From: Trypanosoma brucei
Taxonomy: Eukaryota
NCBI GenBank assembly: GCA_000002445.1
Contig: CH464491.1
Location: forward strand, 1,312,001-1,376,000
Reading direction: 5' to 3'
DNA: 64,000 nt
Every line of letters starts with the position of its first letter. The first letter of the stretch is position 1. A program made the translations under genes and the position numbers. Shown piece after piece: positions 48,591-60,877 of this stretch. The notes under the pieces were generated by a model. It made no database searches. It was not told the origin of the DNA and was given only the letters and a program-made list of their open reading frames with translations.

Positions 48591-50006
48591 GTTGATGTGT
48601 GCCTGATAGGCGAGATCACCACCTATTGGCCCGTGCGGCGACTGCTTTCCTTCTTTTGTGCGGTACTAGGAGACTGAGGGTTGTAAGGGACTTCCCCTAT
48701 TCCTATGTTGCCCTTTTGGGACGGCCTAGCGAGGGCGTGACAGTAGTGGTGCTACTTGAGGTGGGAAAGATTTTGGAACCTCTGTATTTGCGTTTGGTAG
48801 AGGTGGGTTGGCCGCACATCGGGGGTGGACGAAGAAAAATCAGTTGTGTTTTTTTGATTACTGTTTTTGTTCTCGGGGATGCTTATAGCGGTGCACGGTT
48901 TTCGAATCTGGTGCCCGGGCTACGAAAGGGTGTTTTGAGGAGGGGGAGGATCAAAAGTAACGCCCTTTTCGTAATTCTGATGCTTATTACCCTCCATTTT
49001 ATTGATGCTCGTGTTTCGAGGTTGTTTAATGGTGGCATTTCCCTTGTAGGGAAGCTTCTCTTTGTTGTTTGTGGCCCTTTTTTGTTCCTTAAGGAAAACC
49101 CGGACCGCACCCGTACTTGCATGAATCAGGTTTTTACGCAATAGGTCGGCGGTATTTGGGGTCCTCTACCGCGACCCGAAACCGACACCCAAACAAGTTA
49201 TCATTTCTCTTTTTTTTTTTTTTGCGGGACTTTATTCTTGTGGTATAGAATGGCTTGGATTCCCCCCTTACTGACTGTACTCCCAACACGCTCGGCCCTT
49301 CCGTACGGCCGCATTTTCGTGTAGGCGACGCAACCGGCGGGTGGTGGTTGTTTTTATGCTTTGCGTGGGGCTTGGTGACCTGTGGCACATGTTCGGTGAC
49401 TTCAGGTCAAGAATTATTTTTTATGTGCCCGCTTTCAGTTGATTCTATTCGTACCACCACTTTCCCCCTTCTATTCATAACTTAGTAGACGGTATTTGTG
49501 AAAATGTGCTAGGGAATTGTCGCACTTCAGTGCGTTGTGGGCGTTTTTGAAGATACGGAGTTCTTGTTAATTCCCACGTTGACATACTTTATTTGCTTTC
49601 TTACTTGTGCTTCAGATTCCTAAGCTCCTCAATATTTTTGAGTGTTACATTTTTTTAATGATGTTGTTGTACTACGTAGGGCATCCATGGAAGAGCAAAG
49701 TAAAGCATATATCATTTGTGATGGGTGAAGGAAGGGCGTTTTGACAAGTGCAATGCATGCCCGTGGTCGCTGCAGTTTTTTGCCGTTGTATGACCGCTCA
49801 CAAAACTCCCATCCCTCGAGTGAGTATGCACGTTGCTCAATCGTAGTGTGGTGCGTGTGGTGCCCGTTATTTTCGTACTTTTCAAACATTTTCATGCACC
49901 GAGTATATGCTGCAGTTTCCGCTCATATTTCATTTTACCCCCGATTTTTTATTCTTTGACTTCCTCCCTCCAGTTGTTCAACGATTAGAAGCGTTCCGAC
50001 AAGGTT

Positions 50007-50531
50007 ATGAGGGCTCTCCGCCTAACTACATTTATCACTGCCACTAGTGCCGTTCGCTTACAATCAGGAGGAAATTATGGTCGGCAACCTCCACGCGAAT
50101 ATCGCCAACGACCCCACCAACCTCAGCATCGTTTTGGTGGCCCCCGTGACGGACGGCCGCAGAGGGGTTCCCCGCCTCCTCAGGGGTCTTCCTATGGCGG
50201 GTCTTGCAATAGGTTGAGCGAACCGCAGTTGGTGGCCAAACTGTTAGAGCACTTTCCTGTGGGTAAGACATCTATCCCAGTAAACAAGTGGGCGCCTTTT
50301 GTGCCCGAGGACATTCAAGAAGCGTTGGTACCCTTTGGGGGGTTGGCTCATTTTGCAGCGTCACAGACTAATTTCTTCATTGTTCGCAAGGAAAACGGGT
50401 TGACAGTTGTAACGCTTTCTACGATGGCCTCCACGTTGTGTGTAGAAAGGGAGAAAAGTATCAAAAAACGTGAAGAGAAGGCAGCAGCTTACGCTGCTCG
50501 CCGCCGCGACCAACCGCGGCGTTCACACTAG
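50007..50531 (+). CDS. Hypothetical protein with N-terminal mitochondrial-presequence-like region (174 aa)
   Basis: ATG start. N-terminus MRALRLTTFITATSAVRL is amphipathic and basic. Followed by a Gly/Pro/Arg/Gln-rich segment and then a globular part. No confident domain. Confidence 0.45.
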   Translation: MRALRLTTFITATSAVRLQSGGNYGRQPPREYRQRPHQPQHRFGGPRDGRPQRGSPPPQGSSYGGSCNRLSEPQLVAKLLEHFPVGKTSIPVNKWAPFVPEDIQEALVPFGGLAHFAASQTNFFIVRKENGLTVVTLSTMASTLCVEREKSIKKREEKAAAYAARRRDQPRRSH

Positions 50532-50749
50532 AGCAACCAAACTGTTGACGGTATGACTCAGCGTAGTTTCTAGCGAGGTTTTCCCCCTCTTAATGTTAAG
50601 TAGGTATGCGTACGGAGCGAGCCTGTCATTCCACCCGTATGCTGTCTTCTCATTTCTTGGCCATCCTTTCCTTTGTTCTCACTTTTCTATATTATTATGA
50701 TTGTCATTCGGTATGTTTGATTTCTGTTGCAAGGGGTAGGGATTAGGCC

Positions 50750-51250
50750 ATGGTGCATTACTCCCGCAAGCCACAGGTTTCCTCGAAGACAGCCAAGGCG
50801 AAGATCGCCGACCTCCGCTGCCACTACAAGAACACCTTCGAGACGGCTAATGTGATCAACGGCATGAAGCTGCGTAAGGCCCAGCAGTTGTATCGGCAGG
50901 TCCTCGCCAAAACCCGCTGCATTCCCTTCAAGCGTTACAATGGAAAGATTGGCAATACGGCACAAGCCAAGGAGTGGGGACAGACGAAGGGACGCTGGCC
51001 ACGCAAGTCCGTTGTAGCGATGCTCTCATTGTTGAAGAATGCTGAGGCAAATGCCATCGAGAAGGGACTCGACCCCGGAAAGATGGTCATTAAACACGTT
51101 CAGGTGGATCAGGCCCCTCGCGTGCGTCGCCGTACGTTCCGTGCCCATGGCCGCATAACGCCGTACATGCGCAGCCCGTGCCACGTACAGCTCTTCATGA
51201 CCCAGCCCCAGGAGCGCGTCCCTGTTCCCAAAAGCAAACCCAAGAAGTAG
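50750..51250 (+). CDS. RPL17: 60S ribosomal protein L17 (uL22)
   Basis: ATG start, 166 aa. MVHYSRKPQVSSKTAKAKIADLRCHYKNTFETANVINGMKLRKAQQLYRQVL...HVQVDQAPRVRRRTFRAHGRITPYMRSPCHVQLFMTQ is the eukaryotic L17/L22p signature. Confidence 0.92.
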   Translation: MVHYSRKPQVSSKTAKAKIADLRCHYKNTFETANVINGMKLRKAQQLYRQVLAKTRCIPFKRYNGKIGNTAQAKEWGQTKGRWPRKSVVAMLSLLKNAEANAIEKGLDPGKMVIKHVQVDQAPRVRRRTFRAHGRITPYMRSPCHVQLFMTQPQERVPVPKSKPKK

Positions 51251-51506
51251 GCCGCTGATGGGCTTGTCCTTAACACTCATTTATTGGTACAAGTATTTAC
51301 TTTATTTTTTCTGAACATCATGAGCGCATCATCATGCTGCTGGTGCTGAAGTAGAGTTCCATGTGACCAGATATTTTCCGTTATCTTGGTTGTGGTTCTC
51401 GGCAGCTTGATAACGACTCAGCTCGCAGTGTTTTCACTCTCTCCTGTCTTTCTTTCCTTTATGCTTTTTTTTTCCTGCGCTCCTTCTGGGTTAGTCGGCT
51501 ACGGGA

Positions 51507-52922
51507 ATGTTCACTGTATCTTCATCGATGCGCTGCGGAACTGCATATCGGACGGCCGCCGATCGATGTCAGGTGAGTCGTTATCATCAGCAACTCGTAG
51601 ATAGCAGATACTGGAACTGTTCAACCCCTTCACAAGCGTTGTCCACTTTGAGCGTACTGGTTCGATCACGCACGGTCGTTGATGCACTTGACGTGGCCGC
51701 GTTAGGAGCGCTGGAAGCCATGGCTCCCAGCATGACGCAGGGTGAACGTACATTGCTTCAGAAGTTTTCAACATTTTTGAAATTCAAAAATACCACTTGT
51801 CTACCGCCCGCTTCACCTCATGAGTCGAATGCGTCCCCCCTCACGGGGGACCCTAACGTCAATGTAGTCGCCTTGTACACTAAGCTTATGGGGGAGAAGC
51901 CTTCGGTAGCTGTGGAGGAGATCGGGTCCATTTCGTTTTCATCCGATTCGATCCTTCAACTCAGCACGGTGGGTGCTCTGATGTTATTTGAGATGATGGT
52001 TTCTACGACATTTCAACCTTGTGCCAGTTGGCGGATTGAGGATAACATCGTCGCTCTTCTTAACCACCTAAGGAATACTGTGATCCGCGGTGATACTGTC
52101 GATTCCAGAACTCTAGGGTGGATCATGTCGAAGCTTAACAGCGCAGGCTCGCCTATTGCTTGTCGTCCCTCAGAGTGTGGCCGCCTTTTCAAGGCTTGTG
52201 TGAAGCGTCTCAATGATATCCTACCGCAGATGTCGGTGAATGAATGTCTTCAGATACTACCCCTAATCGACACTACAGCTTACGAGAGGCCGTTTATAGT
52301 TTGTGTGGAGATTGTTAAACGTCTCGATGCTTGCTCTGAGATAGAACTCAGTGACGTGCGGACATCGACGCTGCTTTCCGCATTGAGGTGTGAAGATGTG
52401 ACGTTAAAGACTTTCATGAAAATCTGCCGTGTTATTTCGAAGGAATTCCGTATAGTGGAGCTCAGTAAGGGTGAAAGTTTGCTTTTTCTTACAATTTTAG
52501 TGGCACGCCTCAACTCCAGTGCTTCGGCCGAAGATGTTGGAATCATTGGGAACAATGGGAAGGTGTGGGAGGCCCTTTTTGCGCAACTTTACGTGGATAC
52601 CGGTGACATGAGCGTCGTCGAGTGCATTGAAGCGCTTATGTGTTTGGAGGTTTTATATTTTTCTCCCCTCATAACTGCGGTCCCAGGTGGCTTGGTTGAG
52701 AAATTGAAGAAGAGAGTGTTTTTTGTTATTCGGAAGGCCATGAAACAAAGACATGTAACCGCTCAGGAGGTTGAGCTCTTTCTCAAATCCCTACAGCGCC
52801 TAGGGGAATTGCTCAAGAGGTGTCTTCTTTTCCCTTTGCTTGAGAAAGACACGGCAATAATCACGGAGCTTCAGGCAGAACTGGCACTTCGTTTAGTACA
52901 GCAAAGTGTAAATACAGCTTGA
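51507..52922 (+). CDS. Hypothetical leucine-rich protein (471 aa)
   Basis: ATG start. Long ORF with coding composition. No recognisable motif. Confidence 0.5.
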   Translation: MFTVSSSMRCGTAYRTAADRCQVSRYHQQLVDSRYWNCSTPSQALSTLSVLVRSRTVVDALDVAALGALEAMAPSMTQGERTLLQKFSTFLKFKNTTCLPPASPHESNASPLTGDPNVNVVALYTKLMGEKPSVAVEEIGSISFSSDSILQLSTVGALMLFEMMVSTTFQPCASWRIEDNIVALLNHLRNTVIRGDTVDSRTLGWIMSKLNSAGSPIACRPSECGRLFKACVKRLNDILPQMSVNECLQILPLIDTTAYERPFIVCVEIVKRLDACSEIELSDVRTSTLLSALRCEDVTLKTFMKICRVISKEFRIVELSKGESLLFLTILVARLNSSASAEDVGIIGNNGKVWEALFAQLYVDTGDMSVVECIEALMCLEVLYFSPLITAVPGGLVEKLKKRVFFVIRKAMKQRHVTAQEVELFLKSLQRLGELLKRCLLFPLLEKDTAIITELQAELALRLVQQSVNTA

Positions 52923-53319
52923 CAGGTAAGTGTTTCACTGTCCGTGGCTGCGGGTCGTTCTTTTTTGTTTGCCACGTTTTCCCTCTCTAATGTCGGAGTA
53001 TCGAGGTTCTGAGTGTGTATTATGTTGTTGTGGACCGTTTTTCTCCTTTGTCGTATTTGGGGTTCACTTGCGATTGGCGGCCAGGGCTTCAGACACGTCA
53101 TTAAGAAAAAATTTAAGGGCGTGATGGGAAAGGGATTTTCTTCGCTTTTATGGTATCTTCACGAAGTTATACCTTACGCTGTGAGAATGAAAAGTGTTTC
53201 TATTTTCCTTCTTTAAAGGTTAGCCAATTCATATATATTGAGAAAGAAAAGAGGAACACAAGTTATCGACCACGTAAGTCGGCGACTGGAAGAACAAGCG
53301 AAAAGAGGGGCAGTAGCAG

Positions 53320-54480
53320 ATGATTGTTAGGGCGAAGTCCCTTTGGCTTCTGGCCTTCTTTGCACTCAACACCGCGCTTTTAGCGGATGCTGAGAATGTC
53401 ACGTTAAAGATTGTCCGAGAGTTAGTTCTACGTGATGTTGGAGATGTGGTATTAACTCCCCGTTTTCGGGAGAATGTTGACAAGTACCTCCGCCGTCATA
53501 CGGATCGAAATGTGAAGGCAAACGCTTACAAGTCGCAACCCGATGTCATTGTTGTGGCGCGTGCGTGGTTCACGGGAGACTCCAAAGAGGCCACTGCCTC
53601 ATACAACAGGGTGAAGGACATTTTCGACAGCTGGGAGGCGCAACCAAATGACACGCTTATTAGTGACTTGAACAACGTCTCTCTCAGGGAGCTTGGAGTA
53701 CAACCGCGCTTGATTGAGCTGTCAGATCAATGTAAATACGGGGAAAGTTACATAGATCAATCTGCCGAAAATTTTGGGTTCAACAATCTCACACTTGAGA
53801 TACGCATGTCTACAAACCCTCAAAGCGATTTGCGCTCTCGGCTCTGCCGTATGCTTCCATTTGTTGACTGCTCCCTCATCGTGCTTGATGTAGTCAAACG
53901 GGTTAATAATCTGTACACCACGAAGGTGACGATCACTTCTCCTAATAGGAACTACTGCCTTGTGGTGCTGATGAACAATTTCCACTATGCCGCGGCTCTC
54001 TTACCCGATATAATAGAGAGTGTTGTGATTGCAGACAAGGAGGTATTTAGACGTCCCTCCGTCAACATGGTTGAAGATGGAAGACTTCAGTCCCCATGCG
54101 CTCGCCGTTTTTGGTACCTTATCTTTCTCCTCCTGCTGATTCCCTTGAGTTTATTTGTGGGACACAAGATGTATTACAGTGGGCTTGAGTCCGGGAGAAA
54201 GGCAGCGCGTGCGTTGGAGCGGGACATCCGTGGTGGTGTCCGTTATCAAGGACAAGCCTCTTCACAACCACTTGAAGGATGGCAGTATATGGAGTCCAAT
54301 TACGCTGGATCCTCGTCGAATGGCAGTCCACGCATCGGTAGTAGCAGCCGGCAAACCAATCAGTCACAACGAAAAGTACATCACATGTACTACGACCCGA
54401 ATGAAAACTGGCAGAACAACGAGGTCCAGATGATGCGATCTTCTTCTACAATACCCTCTGCTTCCAGCCGCCAGCAGTAG
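53320..54480 (+). CDS. Hypothetical type-I membrane protein (386 aa)
   Basis: ATG start. N-terminal signal peptide MIVRAKSLWLLAFFALNTALLADA. Several N-x-S/T sites. Single TM helix FWYLIFLLLLIPLSLFVGH. Ser/Gln-rich cytoplasmic tail. Confidence 0.5.
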   Translation: MIVRAKSLWLLAFFALNTALLADAENVTLKIVRELVLRDVGDVVLTPRFRENVDKYLRRHTDRNVKANAYKSQPDVIVVARAWFTGDSKEATASYNRVKDIFDSWEAQPNDTLISDLNNVSLRELGVQPRLIELSDQCKYGESYIDQSAENFGFNNLTLEIRMSTNPQSDLRSRLCRMLPFVDCSLIVLDVVKRVNNLYTTKVTITSPNRNYCLVVLMNNFHYAAALLPDIIESVVIADKEVFRRPSVNMVEDGRLQSPCARRFWYLIFLLLLIPLSLFVGHKMYYSGLESGRKAARALERDIRGGVRYQGQASSQPLEGWQYMESNYAGSSSNGSPRIGSSSRQTNQSQRKVHHMYYDPNENWQNNEVQMMRSSSTIPSASSRQQ

Positions 54481-55373
54481 ATCTAACGCGCATATTCGCA
54501 CTTTAGTAGACTAAATCCCATAGAAACAAGTGATTTTCCTACATAACGTTTTCTTCCTTAAAGATTCTATTTCTTATCGTCTTAGTTTGTGCTGTGTGTC
54601 CACACATCTTTTTGCTCCTTAGCGGAAGATGCAGGTGGCGTATTCCCATTAAATTTGCTGCGATTCGATATCGTTTGGGCAACACTTGCCCTATCAACCG
54701 CTGCGTGTCTCTTCATTTCCATCTTGCTACGGGTTGTGATAATCACGTGCTTTCTAAATTTCAAGTTAGGGCTGGTGCCAGTGGGTTATGGTATGGTTAT
54801 GGTGAAAACGGGTTACGGAGAGGCCGAACGACAGCGTAGCAACTCTTACTTCATTTGATCTTTCATGTTCAGAAGGGCTGACATAAATCCGTGACTAACC
54901 TCGGTGCAGAGTTCCCATGTGGCGTTTTACGGGGAGCCAACATGCCAAGCTGTCGCTTGCGTGAAGTTCCCCCCCTCCCCGAAACTGAGAGCAAATACGT
55001 GGGTGATACGCTGATCGAGATCCACTACTTCATTTTTTGTGGGGTCGACTCAGGTTGAAAGTCGTGTACAGAGTGCTTCTATGCGGGAGGGTTTTATTAA
55101 GTGCATCGGTTGCTGCTGCACTACCTACTTCTGGCTCAGTTGCCTGCTGGGGTTGGAGGGTACCAGGCAATGCTTCATTGAACGACTGCATCCACCCTCT
55201 ATCGGAAGGCGGTCGAAGATATCACAGGACTTGTGGCGATCTTCGCACACCGCGTATGCGTTTCTTAAACCGTGTGGGGTCGCCGTACGCTTGCGCTGTG
55301 CTTCAGATGCCAGCAGAGCCATCAACGCAGAATGAAGAGGAAATGAAGGAGCTCAGATGGCGGTCTCCGTGAT

Positions 55374-55394
55374 GGTGTGTGTGTGTGTGTGTGT
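55374..55394. repeat. (GT)n microsatellite
   Basis: gtgtgtgtgtgtgtgtgtgtt. Confidence 0.9.
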
Positions 55395-56270
55395 TGAGCG
55401 TAGTCCCGCGACGTGTGTTACTGCGGCAGCACGTCACGTGTGTTTGGGCCCGTCCGGCTCTTCCACTGGTATCATTCAGTGAAGGTAATGAGGTGCTATT
55501 CCCCCTACCGTTTCCTTTTCTGTTGGATAACGGTCCTGCGTGGACTAACCCACCTTTCCAAACCCTTCCGCAACAGAGCTTTACCCATAAAAAAAAAGGA
55601 GAGGGACAGGGAAACAGTTATCTATACGGTTAAGCAAATCGGCGTATGAAAGGGGACAGCTGTTTGCGAAGCAGACTTACTGCCATCAACCAACCGAACG
55701 AGTAGACCCCCGCATCTGGACTCTGTAGCAGTCGGTTCTTTGCAAGTGCAGGAAGCGGGGGTCATTTAGCTTGGGTGTGCTCTACCAGATGTTGGCCTTC
55801 AAAAGGCCGAAGATTCAAAAGCTGGCTTTATCAAATCGATTTTCAAGGTTAGGTAGGGTGTGTGGATGTGCGGTAGAGTGAAGTGTTTTCGCTGCCAATG
55901 TCATGTAGTTAGGTGCCAAATGGGTTGACAGCCGCTGCTTCATTTTACTATTAACTGAAGGTGAATGCTGTGGTTCTGTATTCTAACACACACCATGCCG
56001 TTCACACCGCGGAGGTGCTTCACGACGGTATGTATGACACGAAAAGCCTCGGGGCTTTGCCTCTTGCCGCTTTAGAATAATTTTTGAAACCCAAAGCGTT
56101 TCTCGTTTGTGTTTTCTTTAGCGGCGTAGTGTACGTCACTGCCCTACCTTGCGTTTCGGAGTGTGTGTCTTTCTTCTAGAAGCCGGTGGTTGTAAAAATG
56201 TTACGTGTATTCTTGAATTTTATTTGCTTGTTTGTCTAGTATTTGGAGCAGTTACCTTCGGCTGTCATTG

Positions 56271-57603
56271 CATGCTTCGGCCGAGATCGGTACTTTTATG
56301 CTCCTCGCTGCAACGTGTGGCGGGTGCTATCGAACTTTCAAAGGATTATCAGAGCATTGAGGCCAGGTCTTGTGAATCAGCAGAGGCAGAAGAAAAGAGG
56401 AAGGAATATGAAAGATTTCCCCTGCGCTATCAACTATTAGAGTGCAAACCAGGTGTTCCATTGGCGCTCATGAAACTGAAATATCTCCTAGCCTGTCGAA
56501 GGACCCACCCTGATGCAGGTGGTGATGCGGAGGACTTTTTAAGAGTTTGCCTCGCATATCAGGATGTCATGAAGGATTACGGGGTGGAGACTATTGAGAA
56601 CAAGATTGTGAACCTGGGCAACTTTCAGGTGGATCGACACGAGGCGCGTAATTATCTGGAGGGCCGAGCCCAGATAAAGGGTTTCATACCCGTATCTACT
56701 TTGGAGGATTACATCAGTAAGTTGGAGGAGGTTAAGGCACGCATTGGCGATGATTTGGCTGAACGCCTTGCCACCAATGATGACGAAGCTCTCCTGCTAC
56801 TAGAGGATATCGAAGAGATTATGGAAGCGAACGGCCTGCGAACTGTCCGGCTGGAAGTGTTGGAGAGTGGTGATGTAAGGGTGTTAGAGAAACCAACACT
56901 TACAGACGGCACAGAGCGGCCTTTGCTCATTGGGGATCTTGACAACCTTAACAGAGGGACACTTGAAGTGGATCGACCCTTCGGCCCCCCCTCTGGTGTT
57001 AGTGAGGATGGGGGTGTGCATTTCGTTAGGGAGAATGAAAGTCACGATGAGCAAGGACTTGATGCAGCTGAGGGCCAACGGGCACTCAGGACAGCGGAGA
57101 TCACTGCTGAAGACATTGAAGTGCTGACGGCGAAGCATACGGTTCAAGACCGAACTGATGTGGCCGGACTTGCGTCCCGCACGGCTACAGAGGTGATGAA
57201 CAACACGGAAGAAGTGTATAAAATACGGCTTGAGTCGAGCGTCCTCTACGTTTTTGTAATCTCTGTTTTTGTTCTTCTATACGTCTATGTCGAGGGACTC
57301 ATGCGGGCGAAGGTTCAGGAGAAAAAGCGTCCGCAAGTAATGAGTCATGTGACAACGGACACGATGCTCCCGTGGTGGGGAAACGATGCAGAGTACGAGA
57401 GTCAAGTGAAGCGCATTTTTGTGGAGGAATGGCGTCGCGCCCGTGCGAGTTCGCGTCGTGTGCAGACCTTCCAGGACGGTGTGAGCCGCGAGTCATTGGA
57501 TGAGAACACCAAGAAAGAGCTGGATCTTGGCATATTTACTGTGACGGCTGAGCGGCTGCGTGAGATGAGAGAGCGTGCGGAAAAACACACTGGGCTTCGG
57601 TAG
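56271..57603 (+). CDS. J-domain (DnaJ-like) protein with acidic coiled region and C-terminal TM helix
   Basis: Track ORF 56149..57603 starts at TTG; the first in-frame ATG is ~56271. J-domain core is LKLKYLLACRRTHPDAGGDAEDFLRVCLAYQDVM with the HPD tripeptide. A hydrophobic segment VLYVFVISVFVLLYVYV lies near the C-terminus. Confidence 0.6.
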
Positions 57604-58059
57604 TGACCGCAGCTGAATATTATGTCTTTATCTTGTCATATTTACCCCGTTTTCTTTTCCTTAATCTTGGATGTTTGCACAGATACATTACTATCGTTCG
57701 AAGCTATGTCCCTCCCGGAAGGGGAGGCTTGAAGAAAATCAAGAAGCAAAAATGCTGTGCAAACCACGTGATCAATGGTGTAGGAGTGTGGGGAGAGGCG
57801 AAGAAACAAGACCGTCGACCACTCGGTGGAAATCTTAGTTGATGTGTGTACGCGTGCGCTTGTATTTTATCCTTTACTTTCTCTTTTCCTTACTTTCCTC
57901 TTTCGCTCTGATCCATCGCGCCACCGAATCTTTGCGCGAAGAAATCAGTATCAAACGGGGACACGCAAGGGGTAGGAACATTACGTAGTAACGGTTTCGC
58001 GAGTAAAGCAGGAGGGGGAAAAGGCGAAACACGTCGAAAAGGAGTGAGTACATAACAAA

Positions 58060-59460
58060 ATGGCCGTGGCCTACGTTTTCGATGGAGCCGTACTGAAGCA
58101 AATGAGTTTGGAGGCAGGGCACCCCAAATTTACTGTGCTTGATACCCCATTGTGTTCAGATTCTGCAGTTACATGCTTCGGCAAGGACGAGTTTTACTTC
58201 ATTAACGGGAGCGTTCCCAATGTATTGCGGCATTTTGGCGGAAGAAGCGGCTGCACTGAGCACTTTCTCCCAGGCCCAGCTCATTGCTTGCTGGTGCACC
58301 GTCAGAAGGTGTACTGTTGCGGTGTGGATTGCTTGTATGTATTTGATCCTCTTGGTGAGGAGGTGGAAACCATAGAGCTTGGGCAGCAAATCAAAGAGCT
58401 TACTGCAGCAGATCATGGATTTGTATTTGTCAACGACCGACACGAGCTTTACGCTTTCCACTTCACTCGCGGGGTCAAGATTGTGGGAACCAAAGGACCT
58501 GTGTCCAAACTGTTGGGGCACCATAATCGCTATGCTGTCGTTCTTCTCGACAACGGCGACGTGATTTCCGTTAATGAGGAAGCGGAAGTGCGGGAGAATC
58601 TTTTTCCACTAAAAATTAAGGAACGCTTTGTTGCACTCGACACTGGCATGACCCTTGCGCTGCGAGAAGACGAATTGGCTCTTCATATGAATGGCACCTG
58701 GTTGTGCCTGGATGGTTTTAAGGGTCGCGAGCTCCAGTTCCTTGGCGTGCCGCTAACCCCCGCGGAGGATGCGTGCACCATTTGCTTTTGTGATTTTGAG
58801 GATGGCGACGGTGTTCGACTTGACTGCGGCCATCCGTTTCATCGTGATTGCCTTGCTGAGTTCTCGACACACGCAAAAAGTTTTGTTGAGAAGGGTGAAC
58901 ATATTGTTTTTACGTACGCCGTTTGCCCATCGGGCTGCGGAACCCACATCCGTCATGCCGCTGCACCGCTCTCTGCGTACATGAACGACTTGTACCGGGC
59001 TGTTACCAAGGATGCTGAAGGGAGGCTTCGCGAGATGGAAAACAAAACCCTTGAAGATTTGTATTACTATGTCTGTTGTCGATGCGAGAAGCCTTACTAC
59101 GGCGGCAACCGTTGGTGCTCCCGGACAATCTCCGGGGAACCTTGCAAAAAACCAAGCGAGCTTATCTGCTCGGACTGCAACGACGACTTTCTTTGCCCTT
59201 CGCACAATCATGATTTCGTGCTTTACAAGTGCCGGTACTGTTGTAACCCTGCCACGCACCTGTCTTTCGGTAACCGTTATATGTGCGATGCTTGCAACAA
59301 GAAGTGGGAAGGCACGGAACCGGAACCAATGGAATGTCCAGGGGCTGAAAAGTGTCCTCTTGGTGGTGCCCATCCTACCGGTGGTTCACAACCGCTTGGG
59401 TGCATGCTCTGCACCCTCTTTGATAAATGTGATGCTAAACACTTCTTCCCACCGCAGTAA
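58060..59460 (+). CDS. RING-H2 finger E3 ubiquitin ligase-like protein with additional Cys/His-rich C-terminal domains (possible RBR-type)
   Basis: ATG start. RING motif CTICFCDFEDGDGVRLDCGHPFHRDC. Downstream Cys clusters CPSGCGTH (IBR-like) and CCRCEKPYYGG...CSDCNDDFLCPSHNHDFVLYKCRYCCNPATH...CDACNKKW. Confidence 0.65.
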   Translation: MAVAYVFDGAVLKQMSLEAGHPKFTVLDTPLCSDSAVTCFGKDEFYFINGSVPNVLRHFGGRSGCTEHFLPGPAHCLLVHRQKVYCCGVDCLYVFDPLGEEVETIELGQQIKELTAADHGFVFVNDRHELYAFHFTRGVKIVGTKGPVSKLLGHHNRYAVVLLDNGDVISVNEEAEVRENLFPLKIKERFVALDTGMTLALREDELALHMNGTWLCLDGFKGRELQFLGVPLTPAEDACTICFCDFEDGDGVRLDCGHPFHRDCLAEFSTHAKSFVEKGEHIVFTYAVCPSGCGTHIRHAAAPLSAYMNDLYRAVTKDAEGRLREMENKTLEDLYYYVCCRCEKPYYGGNRWCSRTISGEPCKKPSELICSDCNDDFLCPSHNHDFVLYKCRYCCNPATHLSFGNRYMCDACNKKWEGTEPEPMECPGAEKCPLGGAHPTGGSQPLGCMLCTLFDKCDAKHFFPPQ

Positions 59461-59741
59461 ACAGGGTTCTTCCCATGTTACTTTTGATCTATTTATCATT
59501 TGCTTGTGTTTAAGGTTGGTTATGAATTGCACGAGGAGTGAACCGAGTGTTTAAATATTTGTGTTGCAGTTTTGTACGCACCTTCCTTTGTAGTTTGTTA
59601 TAGTCCTTTCTCCCTTTACGCCGTTTTCTCCCCCTTCTTGCTGGCACCTATCCAAAACCAGAGGACTTGCTTCTTGTACAGTATTTGGGCGGGAATAAAA
59701 CTCTTGTATCAGAATTAGGTAACGTGAGCTGTAGTGCACTA

Positions 59742-60404
59742 ATGTCCGGTAGAATTTACAAGCTTTTCACAGGGAGGGAGCAACCGCAATGGATGTGGGA
59801 CCTGGCCTTAGAAACGCGCATTCCGGCTCTCTTTATGGCCTACGCTGTATATGTCAATACACGCTGTTACTACGATGCTCTGAGTTCCTATAAAGCGAAC
59901 TCGAAATGGGGCATAACTCGTGGGAAATTGTTGGAGCTTAGAAGGCTTGACTACCGTTACATTAGTGTCCCTCGCTACGCATTGCGCTACGAGTACGAAG
60001 TGGATGGCAAGAAGTACGTGTCAACGAGGGCGACAACCGGTTCGCCCTACAGGAATTGGATGGAGCGCTTTTACAATGATACCATTACTGAGTCTGAGTA
60101 CCTTCAAGCCATTCCAGTGCTGCGCGTGGGGGAAAACTGTACCGTCTTTTATAGTAAGAAACATCCGGGAGTTCATTCGGCGCTTGCACACGATGCAAAC
60201 TCATTTGAAATATCAATACTGTGCTTTTTGGCCGTTTTCCCGCTTCTCATGGGATACAATATGAAAGCGCAGTGGTGGATGATAAAGCGGGCTTACAGGC
60301 CAAACAAAATGTTACGCATTCGGTTCCCCCCGAACTGTCGCACCCCACCGCCTCCTGAGGCACCATCGAGTCCATGTCACATCTCAGCTATCCCTAAATC
60401 GTAG
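59742..60404 (+). CDS. Hypothetical membrane protein (220 aa from first ATG)
   Basis: Track ORF 59667..60404 starts at TTG; first ATG is at 59742. One predicted TM helix (ISILCFLAVFPLLMGY). Confidence 0.4.
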   Translation: MSGRIYKLFTGREQPQWMWDLALETRIPALFMAYAVYVNTRCYYDALSSYKANSKWGITRGKLLELRRLDYRYISVPRYALRYEYEVDGKKYVSTRATTGSPYRNWMERFYNDTITESEYLQAIPVLRVGENCTVFYSKKHPGVHSALAHDANSFEISILCFLAVFPLLMGYNMKAQWWMIKRAYRPNKMLRIRFPPNCRTPPPPEAPSSPCHISAIPKS

Positions 60405-60877
60405 GGTTGACTCCTTTCTTGTTTCCATTAGTCTCCAGGGAGAAGGTATGGCTGATGATGATGGAACGGCCGCAGGAGAGGGGTGTGCGGAGTAGATGTG
60501 GAATAACGGTCTCTCTTTATATAATATTTTTTTTTCGTAGCTGTGACACTTTTACCTGTTTGTTATTCTAGCAGAGGGTGCCAAGTTAGCGCTACACATC
60601 TTATCGTTACTTTAGGAGTTGTTGTGGCGTTCGCATTTTTTCTGACTCCATTTCTTGTAAAAAAAAAACAAAAAGTGTTGACACATAATTGAACATCTGT
60701 GTGTTTGAGTTTGTCTACCTGAGTGCACCTACACTGACGATGTTTTCGCCGCTTTTGGTTTTGCAGCTTTCCCATTTTCTTTGAGTAAAAAGTTTGCTTC
60801 CTTTCTTCCTTTGAAAGTGGGGACGAGGAAGGAGAGACAACATCAAGAAAGAATAAAGGAGCATACTGGAAAGTGTG

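Noticed and set aside
48599-49144. 181-aa + strand ORF after the CALM gene
   Set aside because: It has a GTG start, a G/T-rich skewed composition and low-complexity translation (LLLCGTRRLRVV...GGGRRK). It lies in a spacer next to an (AT)n microsatellite and has no motif support.
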